Shown here: one piece after another, positions 43,083 through 62,957 of the stretch
Layout of the letters: each line of letters begins with the position of its first letter
How positions within the stretch are numbered: the first letter of the stretch is position 1
Origin: Eledone cirrhosa
Taxonomy: Eukaryota
DNA: 64,000 bases
Assembly: GCA_964016885.1 (NCBI GenBank)
Contig: CAXHJY010001146.1
Location: forward strand, 1-64,000
Direction: 5' to 3'
Notes under the pieces: generated by a model
Seen by the model: the letters and a program-made list of their open reading frames with translations, nothing else
Database searches by the model: none
What the model was told of the DNA's origin: nothing
Translations under genes and position numbers: made by a program

Positions 43083-43898
43083 ATTAAGGATACTATTTAT
43101 GGTTATGTATATACTAAAACTTTTTATAGTTATGTATATTTTAAACCCTAAACAGTGGAGGTCAGTAATTTATAACTACCCTATTACCAGTAAGATAAAT
43201 AGCTCAATGTAATAACATCAGGTGTTCTACAGAGCAGTTATATAGAATTCATAAGAATCAAAGCTATGTTCAAAGCATTTATTCACTTACAATTGTTTCA
43301 TCCAAACCTAGGCTTGGAGTCTTCGGAGCATTTTTCAATGTTTGTACACATAATTGACCTCCTTTCCAACGCAATTCATTGTTCTAACATACATTCTGCA
43401 CACATACTTTTTTATTATATACAAAAAATACCTTACCACTACAACCACCATAATACTCTTACTTAACCACTTAAAGTGCTTGTATTACATGTAACACCCT
43501 GCCACACAATAATCATATATAAATGGGACACACTTGCACGCCCCACGTGTAACTAACACATACACTAACTACTACATCTGACTAACAAACTATCCTCTTG
43601 CATTATCTGTGTTAACTGCCGAATGTATTTTAATTTTATTTTAATTTTGTTTTAATTTTAATTTTGATCTTGACTTTGAATTTGAATTGCTATACAGAAA
43701 TAATATAGTATAATATATGTCACTCCACTGTACATCAATATATATATATATGTATCTGTATATCTCTTGCGTTGGAAAGGAGGTGAATTATGTGTACAAA
43801 CATTGAAAAATGCTCCGAAGATTCCAAGCCTAGGTTTGGATGAAACAATTGTAAGTGAATAAATGCTTTGAACATAGCTTTGATTCTTGTGAATTCTA
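43083..43898. mobile_element. HHR element family F with inverted arms (43240-43374 / 43768-43898); HHR at 43811-43857 (+) and mirror
   Basis: tgct-CCGAAGA-ttccaagcctaggtttggat-GAA-acaattgt-A-agtg; CCGAAGA core in both arms. Confidence 0.72.
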
Positions 43899-44035
43899 TA
43901 TATATATATATATATTTATATATTTATATATATTTATATATATATTATATAAATATATATATATATATATAAATATATGTATATATATATATATAAATAT
44001 ATATATGTATATATGTATATATATATATAAATATA

Positions 44036-44129
<94 letters not shown>

Positions 44130-44131
44130 TA

Positions 44132-44169
<38 letters not shown>

Positions 44170-44171
44170 TA

Positions 44172-44284
<113 letters not shown>

Positions 44285-44285
44285 G

Positions 44286-44316
<31 letters not shown>

Positions 44317-44323
44317 GTATATA

Positions 44324-44533
<210 letters not shown>

Positions 44534-44806
44534 TATATATATGTATATATATATGTATCCAAAATTAAATTAAGGGTTTTCATGTCTGAGAGACATGCGC
44601 CATATCCACTGCAGAATAAGCTCAAAGATTCCAATGGATAGATCCGAGCATTTTATATCAACTAGAAATAGATTGACATATATATATATATATAAAATAA
44701 ACATATGAAACAATCACAGGGAATAATTTGTAAAGTGTGTAAACACACATAGCTAGGTAGGTAACTAATTAAAGTTTAACTTTATATATTTATGTATATA
44801 TATATG

Positions 44807-44840
<34 letters not shown>

Positions 44841-44913
44841 TATGTATATATATGTATATGTATATATATGTATATATATATGATGTTGAATATATATATA
44901 TATATATATATAT

Positions 44914-45872
44914 AATTGAAAAAATGGAGAATAACATGGTCAACAGTACACAAAAGGAGATTTATTTACAGTCTAACAATTGTTTCACTGATAGAGTTGT
45001 CTAAAAATTGCTAAACACTGAAACATGTTGGCCCCATCATATATTCAGAAACCGACAAAAAATACAAATATATGCGTAACCGGCAAATTTAGAAATTCAA
45101 ATTACAACATCAATAATAATATTAATAATAAAGATATAGAGAGAAAAAAGGAAGGGAGATAGATATAGTAAAGAGAGAAAGGAAGGGAAGATGAAAGACG
45201 AAGAAGGAAAAAGAAAAAAAAGAAAAAGAGATAGAAGAAGAAGAAGAAGAAGAAGAAGAAGAAGAAGAAGAAGAAGAAGAAGAAGAAGAAGAAGAAGAAG
45301 AAGAAGAAGAAGAAGAAGAAGAAGAAGAAGAAGAAGAAGAAGAAGAAGAAGAAGAAGGAGGAGGAAATTATTGCAGCTAAAAATAAGATGTACAGAATAT
45401 GATAGAAAAAGACAAGTACAGATAGCGTAGGATAGAGAGAAGAATGAGGAGGGACAATCAGACGAGTAAGATAGACAAACACAAGTAGAAATATGATAGA
45501 GAGAAGAAGGTAGAGGGGCAAATAGATGAATAAACATTAATACATGAATAAATGTAAGTAAAAATACTTCTTCCCTTCCTTTCTCTCTTTACTATATCTA
45601 TCTCCCTTCCTTTTTTGCTCTCTATATATTTATTATTAATATTATTATTGATGTTGTAATTTGAATTTCTAAATTTGCCGGTTACTCATATATTTATATT
45701 TTTTGTCGGTTTCTGAAGATATGATGGGGTCAACATGTATTTTAAATTGAGTGGCTTTACTTTCAGTGTTTAGCAATTTTTAGACAACTCTATCAGTGAA
45801 ACAATTGTTAGACTGTAAATAAATCTCCTTTTGTGTACTGTTGACCATGTTATTCTCTATTTTTTCAATTTT
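44914..45872. mobile_element. HHR element family G with inverted arms around an (AAG)n-rich spacer; HHR at 45707-45815 (+)
   Basis: 44914-45190 mirrors ~45570-45870; cggttt-CTGAAGA-tatgat...atcagt-GAA-acaattgt-T-agactg. Confidence 0.7.
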
Positions 45873-46024
45873 ATTACTCCAAGATAAACTTACATAGGAA
45901 TACAAGTGAAATCATAAACTTGTCATCTGCGTAAACCTCTTGTTGAGTCATACAACGCCGTACGCTAAAACTATCCATGTATTCACAACCTCTAATTGGA
46001 TTACCTATAACGATATCTTGTTAT

Positions 46025-46058
<34 letters not shown>

Positions 46059-46979
46059 TATATATACTTGGCAACTTGTTGGTTGGTCGTGTTTTCCCTT
46101 ATTACGAGATTTGAAATTTAAATCGACAGAAATCGGAAAGTTATAACTTTACTAACTCTTTAAAATTAACAAAAAATCTATGGAACAGATGAGTATCTAT
46201 ATTTTGACGCGATTATTTTACGTGTGTTAAGCATTTTTAATGAGTTTATTTTCGCTGTTTGATATATTCTTCTATAAAACGAGACACACACACGTGCTCT
46301 CTTTGTCTGCCATACAGAATATAGAAAGTTAGTTAAGTAACCTAATCTAATGTAATCTAATTTTAATTTTACTTTATTTCATTTTATTTTGTTTAACGGG
46401 ATTTAATATAATTTAATGTAATATTATTCTTATTTTTAACTCAGTGAGAATATATATTTGTTATTGTTTTTGATATACTGATATTGTGATAACTACGTAC
46501 GTGACAACTATATACGGTGTCCGTTGTAAACAAACCGATACCTGCAGTTAAAATCAACTTATATAAATCCTTCGCGATTCTATATCTTTAACTTATTTGG
46601 GTTTCATTAACTTATTTTTATTTATTTATTTTGTCTCCTCTCCTCCCCTTTTATATTTCATGTTGATATCATTTGTTTTCACTTTGCTCTGGTGTTTTAA
46701 CCGCGAAATATTATTGTTTTTCGAACGAAATTAATCATTACTATTTAAGGTTGTCTTTGACCGTTTCAAGTATACGCTGCTATCTTTCACGCTGTCTCTC
46801 TCCTTCTTTCTTTCTCTCTATCTCTCTCTCTAGATCGCACAAGCTCTCTCTCTCTTCCCCTCTAAATCGCACCTTGAATTTCTCTAGATCGCACAAGCTC
46901 TCTCTCTCTCTCCCTTTCTCTTTCCCTCTCTAACATTTTCCCTACCCTTCCCGCTATCTCTCTCTCTCCCCTCTACAGC

Positions 46980-49900
46980 GAAATGGACTGCATGCAGGGA
47001 AAAATTGAAATTAAATGCCAGCGAAACTGGTCAAAGATGGAACTGGCGGTTTTGATCAAAGGGTGGAGTCTAGCTGATGGGTCACCACCAAGCAAAAAGA
47101 TTGCGGAGACTCTGAGGAATTATGGATTCCTGAGGACTCTGGCGCAGATAGAAAGATAAAAAAGAAATTGAGAAGGCCTATGACCTCATAGCGGCACATA
47201 TGGCGATGCTAAGCTGTGTCCTTAAGGAGGAGAAAAACGGGAGAAAGAGAGAGGAAAGGTAAAAGAAAAGGAAGAAAGCACAAGCACGGACCTGAAAGAA
47301 AATGAGATACCCGCCGCCACAGTCAGGGAGGACAGGCCGGGCAACCAACAAGCAAACGGTAAAGATGAGAAGCGAAATCCCCTTCCGAAGGAGAACTATA
47401 CGGAGAGGGACCAGTGGACAACTGTCCAAAGGAAGAACAGAAAGCACCGAGACACTGGGAACAAGAAAATCCAGGTAATGTGCAAGTTCTTCAGGAACGG
47501 GACCTGCTGGCATGGAGAAACAGGGATGGGCTGCAGATTCGCTCACCCCAGGCCTCAAGCGAACTATGCCCATCCTACTCGCGTAACATGCTCCAGTGAA
47601 AGCCAAAACAAGCCGCTCCAGAAGTATGTTGATGTCGCGCGTGCCGCGCCAACACGGAGAAAGTACGCACATGCCGACGAGATACAGATGGCTGCAGCAG
47701 AGCAGAAAGATTTTTTAGTGATGGCAGAGAAGATTGTGGGACAGCTGACCTGGCTGCATCGTTTTCAGAGCCAGGGTCAGCCACACCAGCACTCGAGACC
47801 ACCACAATTAAGGGACACAGAGTGGCCGCCGCAGACATCAGACCAGGTTTCATACCGACAGCCATTGCTGGCACCCCAAAAGTCACACCAGTACTGCTGC
47901 TGAATGTCAGAGGCCTGGTGAAACTCACTAACATGAGTAAAATGTCCGACCTGGGAGACTTAGCCATAAGCAATCAAGGATTATGCATGGCACTAACAGA
48001 AATGCACCTGACAAGCAGTATAGCAGATACAGAAATACATATACCGAAATATACTGTATTTCGTTCGGACGGGAAGGAGAGAACTCATGGTGGGGTTGCT
48101 CTGTATATCCGTGAAGATTTCACACTATTTGTACTGTTGACACATTCAAACTCAGTCTGTGACACACTGATAGTAGATATGAAGCAACTAAAGACAGTAA
48201 TATGCCCGATACCCCCAGTCATGAGGGTAAAATTGAGGATAGACTCAGTACGATAGAAGAGGTCCTTGACAAACTGGACCAGAGTCTCAACATTCTACTG
48301 CGAGGAGACTTCAACCTACCAAAGGTCAAATGGCCGGAGGGCCACATCCTCCCTGCAATGACGTCAATAGAACAGAGATAGACGGAATCCCTGTTGACCC
48401 TCACACACAGTCATGGAACAAACAGTACTCCTCCCAACAAGAGGCGAAAATGTCCTGGACCTCTGTTTTACAAACAACGAAGTGCTCCATCCACAATTTT
48501 CTCGGATCATAATTTAGTAGAACTAATGATATGTGGTCCGAGAGAACCAGCAGAGACACTACCATCAAGAAGCACCGGGACGTTATCCAGCCTTAACTTC
48601 TACAAGGCTAACTGGAAAAGGATCAAGAGAGAAATCCGGACGCAAATATGGAGTGAAAACACCGCCACACCAGACACCAACATACAATTTCAACACTTCA
48701 TGACAACGATACACACTATATGCAAAAGGTTTGTCCCGGAGAAAAAGGCAAACAGACACAAAAAACTTATTCCCAGAGATAGGAAAATCCTTATGAGACG
48801 TAGAACCAAGCTCTCAAACCAGTTGAATGTACAAGAAAACAAAAACAAGAAGGAATCCTATTTGAAACGTGCACTACTTGACATCAAGATTGCACTCAAA
48901 CTTTCCCATGAAAATGAGAGGGCAAAGAAAGAAAGCAGAGCCATAGAAAATATTAAAACAAACCCTAAGGCCTTCTTTAAATTTGCAAAAGAAACTGCCT
49001 CGGTAGACTGCAAGATTGGGCCACTCTTTCATACAGATGGTTCATTAACCGAGAATCCTCAGCAGATATGTGAAAAGTATAAAAGTGTGTTCACATGTCG
49101 ACTGAGGCACATGCAAATAACAAAGCCAGAGGAGTTATTTGATGCCACAACACTACATGAAGAAATGGCGACCATCAACCACATAGACATAACTGAGGAG
49201 GATGTGGTATACGCCATAGATGAAATTAGAACAGACTCAGCTGCTGGACCTCATGGATTTCCAGCAGTCCTCTTAAAAACATGGAAGCGGGCCTTAGCAA
49301 CTCCACTGAAGACGCTCTTCAGAAGCTCCTTGGCTAGCGGTATACTACCCAGGAAGCTGAAAGAAGGCACAATATGCCCTATCCATAAAGGAGGTAACAG
49401 AGTGGAGGCCAAAAACTATAGGCCAGTCTCCCTGACGTCGCATATCAGTAAGGTCATGGAGCGAGTTATCAGAAAGAAACTTATCACTTTCCTCGAGGAA
49501 AATTACCGCCTGACTAGCACGCAGCATGGCTTCCGCCGAGGATGTAGCTGCCTTACACAGCTGCTACATCACTATGACTGGGTACTGAAACAACTGTTAG
49601 ACAACTCACATGTGGACGTGATATATCTTGACTTTGCGAAGACCTTTGACAAGGTCGACCACGGAATGTTATGTCACAAACTACACGGACTCGGCATAAC
49701 TGGTAAAGTAGGTGAGTGGCTGCATGACTTCTTAAAGGACAGAAGCCAGACAGTCGCAGCAAATGGGGCCCTCTCAAAGGAAACATCAATAACAAGTGGG
49801 GTGCCCCAAGGGACAGTCCTGGGACCACTACTGTTTTTGGTGGCTCTCTCAGACATGCCCTCTGTAGTACATACAACATCCGTCACTAGCTATGCTGATG

Positions 49901-50862
49901 ACACTAAGGTAGCACAGGCAATCAAAAACCCTGCTGACGCTGCCCTTTTACAACAGATCTGGATGCCATATACAAATGGGCGGCAGAAAACAACATGTAG
50001 TTTAATGCTGGCAAATTCCAAGCCCTACAATACAAACCTGCAAACACAAATACAGTACAACACAGTTACGCAGGACCAGGAGGGACCGATATCCCCGTGT
50101 CAAAATCGATACGAGACCTGGGTATAGACATGAGCGATGATGCATCTTTTTCCTCACAAATCATGAAAGTGGCGACAATGTGCAGACGACTCGCCGCTGG
50201 CTGGATCTTGAGGACTTTTCGGACAAGAGACCGAGACACCATGTTGACACTATGGAGAACATTTGTCCTAAGCCGCCTGGACTATTGCTCCCAGTTGTGG
50301 TCACCCCATAGTGTCAAACTAACCACGGAGCTTGAAGCAATCCAGCGAAGCTATACCAAGAGGATTGCCACGATGAAGGAGAGGCTAAAAGAACTGAACC
50401 TCTACTCCTTGGAACGAAGACGGGAGAGATACGCAGTGATCTGCATGTGGAAAATCCTGGAGGGACTAGCACCAAACTTTGGCATTGGGAGCTGGACCAA
50501 CCGTCGAACAGGATGTCACTGTGTGGAGCCAAAGGTTCCGTCTTCCACATCTAGAATAAGGAGCAGATATTGCAATAGTATGGGATTCAAGGCCCCTCAA
50601 CTCTTCAACAAGCTGCCGAGGGATCTAAGGGAGCTGCATGGTGTGGAGGTGGATGTCTTCAAGAAACATCTCGACACCTTGCTATCCAGGATCCCGGATG
50701 AGCCCACAGCAAAGCACGAGGGAAACCTAAGGGCAGCCACAACGAATTCCCTCTTACACCAGTGGCCAACCAATACAGGCTGGAGATATAATGTGTAGCA
50801 ACAAGGGTGGTGCCCCAGCATGGCCTCAGCCGGATGTCTGGAACAGGTAAAAGAGTAAAAGA

Positions 50863-50863
<1 letters not shown>
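46980..50863 (+). mobile_element. Near full-length decayed LINE (CR1/L2-like group): ORF1 remnant + APE + RT
   Basis: CCCH finger at 47481-47546; APE motifs LLNVRGL, LTE.HL, GGVALYI, GDFN, SDHNL; RT motifs YRPVSLTS, YLDFAKTFDKVDH, GVPQGTVLGPLLF, YADD; several frameshifts; ends (GTAAAAGA)2 before (TA)n. 5' boundary approximate. Confidence 0.88.
47890..50798 (+). pseudogene. LINE ORF2 (endonuclease-reverse transcriptase), frameshifted
   Basis: Split across ORF calls 47822-48256, 48394-50127 and 50097-50798. Confidence 0.88.
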
Positions 50864-50940
<77 letters not shown>

Positions 50941-51025
50941 CGAAGGAATTGTGGTAAGGAACCAGATGGACCATAACGCACCAGAGTACTCAATACTTAG
51001 GGTAGTAGAGTGGGTCATACTTTTT

Positions 51026-51094
<69 letters not shown>

Positions 51095-51185
51095 ATGTAT
51101 ATGTATATATATATGTATGTATAGATATATATGTATGTATATATATATATGTATATATATGTATATGTATATATGTATATATATG

Positions 51186-51216
<31 letters not shown>

Positions 51217-54200
51217 ATATATGTGTATATATGTATATGTATATATATATATGTATGTGTGTGCGTGTGTGGGGGGGGGGGACATCCATGGCTGTGTGGT
51301 TTAGAAGTAGGCATCGCAACTATGTGGGTTTCTGTTTGTGTTCGGTTCCACTCTATCGCACATTAGAAAATCATATTTTTACTATACTCCAATGGTTTGG
51401 GAAATTTAATAGGTTGAAAGTTTGCTGAATTGCGTATCTGATTTATTGGAGTACTTGCGTGATTTGAAAAGTAAGAATCCAAACGCTGAAAATAAGTACA
51501 GCAATAGTTGATCACTATAACTAATTTCTTTAGAAAATCGTATGTTATATCTTTAGGAGAGAAAAGAATGGTCAGCGATCGAGTGTTGCTACAGTTATTT
51601 TCTGCGTTTGGATTCACACGTTTCAAATTTCACATCACCTAAGTGTTCCGATAAATCATATGATTTGTTTAGCTCTGGTTCTAATCGCAAGTTGTTTACT
51701 TTGGGCCTGTGATAATTATATAAGACCTCATAACAATCATTCACAATCAATATTAGCAATTCTAATTGTTTTATAATGTTGATGTCTAATATTTATGAAT
51801 TCAAGGCGGCCTATTGACTGGCATACAAACGTCGGGTGGAATGCTTTGCGGTAATCGTTCTGTTTCACTGAACTTAAAATTAAAATTCCGCCGAAGTCAA
51901 TAAAAATAATATCAGTCCCATTGAGTCGATTATTTCTCTCTCTCTCTCTTCATATTCAACCGTCTCTCTCTCTCCATCTCTCTCTCTCTCTGTCTCTCTC
52001 CCTCTCTCTCTCTATGTCTCCGATATTGCTCTGTATCCCTCTATTGACACCTCTGTCTATTGACCTCTCTATCTAAGAAGTAGAAGAAGGCTGTGTTCAG
52101 GCCTGGAGAGGAAAGATTTCTGTTTGGTTTAAATACCCAAGACACGCCACATATTACGACAACGCCCCCTACTATTCCATCAAGAATTAAAGATCCATGG
52201 ATGGATATACTACATACGTAATCTGATGAAGCGGGCTATAAAGCTAATTTTAACCAAGATGCTGATAAACACATCCTTATTTACAACAGTATGTCACGAA
52301 GAGTCTACACACAGTATGTCACGAAGGGTTCCCTATGAGTTCATTAGGAGTTAAGTGCACATATCATGGCATGGAATTATGAGTTCAATAATCCTCGGTC
52401 TCCATCTTTTGCTACATTAATTTTGGTTGTAAAGTATCAAACATGACTCCCTCTTTTAATGTCAAATTATATGCAGGGAGCAACTAAATGTGCTTGCCTA
52501 ACTTAACTAAATTGTGTAAGTTTAATAAACTAAAAGAATATGTTTTTCTAATATTTAATATAGCTTTATTAAATTCTAAAATTAATTGCAATTTTTCCAA
52601 AGATGATAATTACAGCGAGAAGGTCTTCAAACATAAGGGAAACCATTATTTTCGTTGATGAGTATATTTCGAAAGTAATTGCTGATTTTTATGGATATAA
52701 TTTGCATATTTATTACATATTTATGTTTATACAGACTACAATGTTTGTAATTAATTGACTTTAAACTAACTAGAACGCTATCGTATAGCTTTATTGAATA
52801 TATAAAAATGGCTGTTGATTAATTATTCGATAATTTCTATAAATCAATTATGGTGAAAAGAACAAGGCAGAAAATCAACTTTATGATTATTGCCCTCAGA
52901 AAATACTGGAAAATCAATTAAAGACATTGCAAACGCGACATCAGCCAAAATTATAATGTACAAAGATTTTTTAATACACATTAAGGGAAAGAAGCAGATC
53001 GTCAGATCGCACCAAAGAAAGAATGTTTCCATTAATCTTTTCATTACTGATGCTATCTGCAGGTTACAAATCCTAACAGAAGAAAGGAAATGAGCCGATC
53101 GCCTGATTGGACCGAGGAAACAATGTTTCCATTGGTGTTTTCGTTATTGATATTATCTTCTGGTCGCAACTCCTTACAGAAAGAAGCGACATTTGAAATT
53201 ACAATCGGAGAACCATGCGAAATTGGTCAAAGCATTCCTTACTGCACTTTAAAAACTCCACCAATGCTATGTCAATCGACACATTAGAAGAATGGTTGCG
53301 CTATTCTTTGTTTTAAAATGATACGTTGAAAGATAAAGAGAATTCAGAGACATTTCATGAGAACACGAAATGTTCTTGTTGGACCTCCGTCAATCTCGAC
53401 GATGATTGTTCCCGTTCTCCGGATAATAGAACACCCTGCTCCTGAAATTACCTATTTCACAGACATTTAACTTCAGCATAGCTATCAGGGTGATTCAAAT
53501 TGACAGTGTGTGGCATGGTTAGTCTTTTCAATTTATTTTTTCTCGATCTGAGTTACTTCAGCAAAGTAAGATAAAATTTCACAACATGCCGACAGAAGGC
53601 AAACTGAAGATCTCATAATCATGCACCCAACACCGTCTTCAAAAAAGGCTAAATAGAGATCTGTAACAAGGAAATAAATAGTTTTTCTGCTTAGTATTTC
53701 GTTTCGTATTAAAGATGACTGGAACAGTTTCCCAATCTTTTGAACCTCAGTATTCGATGTAGTCATTTTAAAGCAATATATGCTATAAATGAATAAGGAA
53801 AAACATCTAGATGTTCATAGAGATAAAGGTACTGTGTTAATGATTGAGAAACTGTCGTGTGATCACATAACACCAGGATTGAAATAGCCCGGAAGGATGG
53901 TGAGGGAGTAAAATCTACAGAATAATCTTTAGTTTTTTTAGGAAGCCGTTGAGGAAAAGATAAAAATTTACTCATACCTACAGTTATTCTTGTTGCCGCC
54001 GATTATTACTATTGTTATGGCATAACTGTCCGTCTTTTTATATTTATGAATGTAGTATGTATCTATGTAGTATGTGGATGTATGTAGTATTAGTATGCAT
54101 GTATGCATGTATATGTATCTATATATATATGTATGAAAAATTAATAACAAGTATAACAAAATAAATGGCACAGTACATGGAGGAAATATATTAGTTTAAC

Positions 54201-54272
54201 GCATGAAATAGCAGAGTCTTAACGTTTTCCCTGGTATATTTTTATGTATCTTTGTATGTATATATGTATGTA

Positions 54273-54318
<46 letters not shown>

Positions 54319-54320
54319 TT

Positions 54321-54751
54321 TGTGAAGGCGTGTGGCTGAGTGGTTAGAGAATTGGATTCACAATCTTGAGGTTGTGAGTTCGATTCCTGGACCGGGCGAT
54401 GCGTTATGTCCTTGAGCAAGACACTTTAGTTCACGTTGCTCCTTCTACCTGGAGTTGCGACCGATAGATAGTACTAGCAACTGGAAAGACCAACGGAAAC
54501 ATTGTTTCCTCGGTCCGATTTGACGAAAGGCGATCGAATATATATATATATATATATATATGTGTATATATATGTATATATATATATGTGTATATATATG
54601 TGTGTGTGTATATATATATGTATTTCAGTTATTAGGAGTATTCCAAAGCTAGATATATATATATGTATATATATATGTGTATATGTATATATATATAGGT
54701 ATATATATGTATATATATATGTATATGTATATGTATATATGTATATATATG

Positions 54752-54784
<33 letters not shown>

Positions 54785-54915
54785 GTGTATATATATGTAT
54801 ATGTATATATATATGTATATATATATATATATGTATATATATCGACAGTCGATCGACTTTCGTCAAATCGGACCGAGGAAACGATGTTTCCGTTGGTCTT
54901 TCCAATTGCTAATAA

Positions 54916-54969
<54 letters not shown>

Positions 54970-54995
54970 TTATTAGCAATTGGAAAGACCAACGG

Positions 54996-54998
<3 letters not shown>
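54321..54998 (+). mobile_element. tRNA-derived SINE (54321-54537) with inverted (54850-54914) and direct (54972-54998) copies of its 3' end in the adjacent (TA)n
   Basis: cgatcgactttcgtcaaatcggaccgaggaaac is the reverse complement of the SINE 3' end. Confidence 0.8.
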
Positions 54999-55028
<30 letters not shown>

Positions 55029-55244
55029 CATGTCAATGTGTTGGACTGGCGCTTTCTCCCTCACCATCTTTCTCCCTCACCATCTTTTGGAGTAACGATT
55101 GTGAAATTATTTTCGCTTGGATGATGAAGCAACACCCACCTGAACGAAAGAACATGATTGATTGATCGATCAATCAATAATATATAATTGATTGATTCTT
55201 GCTGTAATCTTTTCTCATTATATTCAAACATAGATACATACTTA

Positions 55245-60518
<5,274 letters not shown>

Positions 60519-60647
60519 GTAGGAGGTGAGTTTTATTGTAGTACAATAAAGCAATGCAGATATCGGATAAGAAGCAGCTCTACAGTTTGTGGGACTGGAG
60601 TATACATAATATATAAGAACAAAAGATGGTTAAAGGAGTTCCATGTA

Positions 60648-60712
60648 TTTATTATGCGCATTTAAAAAACAAATATCATCATGCAATAATGTTTGTGTTT
60701 TCATCAGATAAA
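60648..60712 (-). ncRNA. Degenerate type I HHR in a (TA)n-flanked island (60515-60815)
   Basis: Minus strand tttat-CTGATGA-aaacacaaac...tttgttttt-TAA-atgcgcat-A-ataaa; G12 lost. Confidence 0.5.
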
Positions 60713-60813
60713 ACAGGAGGACATGATATGAAGGCTAAAAAACACTTGTGGATAGTTCAGTTTTAAATCAACATATGAGAAGTAGTTTTAGATTGATGTG
60801 TGATATGGGGAAA

Positions 60814-60849
<36 letters not shown>

Positions 60850-60924
60850 TGTTAGTTTCAGAAGATCCCGTTAAGGGTGAAAGCAGCGATTCTTTTCTTA
60901 ATCTTTAATCTGTTATTTTAATAA

Positions 60925-60959
<35 letters not shown>

Positions 60960-60967
60960 ATAATATA

Positions 60968-61021
<54 letters not shown>

Positions 61022-61029
61022 ATATATTA

Positions 61030-61568
61030 TATTTTGAGTTTATGTTGGTTGTATACCAACACCTCAGTATGCAGGCTGGAGCACTCGACGAAGTGCGCAG
61101 GTTGGTTTGGTTACTCCGGAGTAGTGTAAAATAAAGTTAAATAAAAGTCAAATGATTAAAATTTAGCTTCGTTTATTACTGCTATATATATTTCAGTGAC
61201 AGCCATCTTTGGCTGTGACCTCTTCAGGCAGTTTGAATTAGTATGGTATAGACAAGTACATATGTTGTTTAGGTGTATGATATTATCAATACTCTGATAT
61301 GCCCAGTTCCTTGTTGGGTTGTTAATTCACTGGGGAACTGGAGTCATATGACTCCAGTTCCCCAGTGAATTAACAACCCAACAAGGAACTGGGCATATCA
61401 GAGTATTGACAATATCATACACCTAAACAACATATGTACTTGTCTATGCCATACTAATTCAAACTGCCTGAAGAGGTCACAGCCAAAGATGGCTGTCACT
61501 GAAATATATATAGCAGTAATAAACGAAGCTAAATTTTAATCATTTGACTTTTATTTAACTTTATTTTA
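61030..61568. mobile_element. Fold-back HHR element family H; further arm copy at 62661-62832
   Basis: ~220-bp near-perfect palindrome 61128-61567 centred on gagtcatatgactc; the left side has ~100 extra nt. Confidence 0.9.
61463..61517 (+). ncRNA. Type I HHR (family H); minus copies at 61178-61232 and 62712-62766
   Basis: actgc-CTGAAGA-ggtcacagcca(aaga)tggctgtcact-GAA-atatatat-A-gcagt. Confidence 0.88.
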
Positions 61569-61577
61569 TATATATAT

Positions 61578-61659
<82 letters not shown>

Positions 61660-61664
61660 TATAT

Positions 61665-61718
<54 letters not shown>

Positions 61719-61739
61719 ATATATATATTATATATAATA

Positions 61740-61779
<40 letters not shown>

Positions 61780-61781
61780 AA

Positions 61782-61821
<40 letters not shown>

Positions 61822-61904
61822 TATATATATTAATATATATATACTATATATAAATATATAAATATATATTATATATATATATATATATAATATATAAATA
61901 TACA

Positions 61905-61935
<31 letters not shown>

Positions 61936-62031
61936 ATAATATATATATATATATTATATATATATATAATATATATATTATATATATATATATATATATA
62001 ATATATATATTATATATATATATAAATATAG

Positions 62032-62092
<61 letters not shown>

Positions 62093-62164
62093 TATAATAT
62101 ATATATTATATATATATATATATATATAATATATATAATATATATATTATATATATATATAATA

Positions 62165-62236
<72 letters not shown>

Positions 62237-62268
62237 ATATTATATATATATTATATATATATATTATT

Positions 62269-62324
<56 letters not shown>

Positions 62325-62509
62325 TATATATTTATATATTATATATATATATATATATATAATATATATTTATATATTATATATATATATATATATATAA
62401 TATATATATATATATTATATATTATATATATATATATATAATATATATAATATATATTTATATATTATATTATATATATATATATATATATAATATATAT
62501 ATATATAAT

Positions 62510-62541
<32 letters not shown>

Positions 62542-62584
62542 ATATATATATATATATAATATATATATAATATATATATATTAT

Positions 62585-62658
<74 letters not shown>

Positions 62659-62824
62659 TATAAAATAAAGTTAAATAAAAGTCAAATGATTAAAATTTAG
62701 CTACGTTTATTACTGCTATATATATTTCAGTGACAGCCATCTTTGGCTGTGACCTCTTCAGGCAGTTTGAATTAGTATGGTATAGACAAGTACATATGTT
62801 GTTTAGGTGTATGATATTGTCAAT

Positions 62825-62906
<82 letters not shown>

Positions 62907-62957
62907 TATATATATATTATATATTTATATATATTATATATATATATAATATATATA

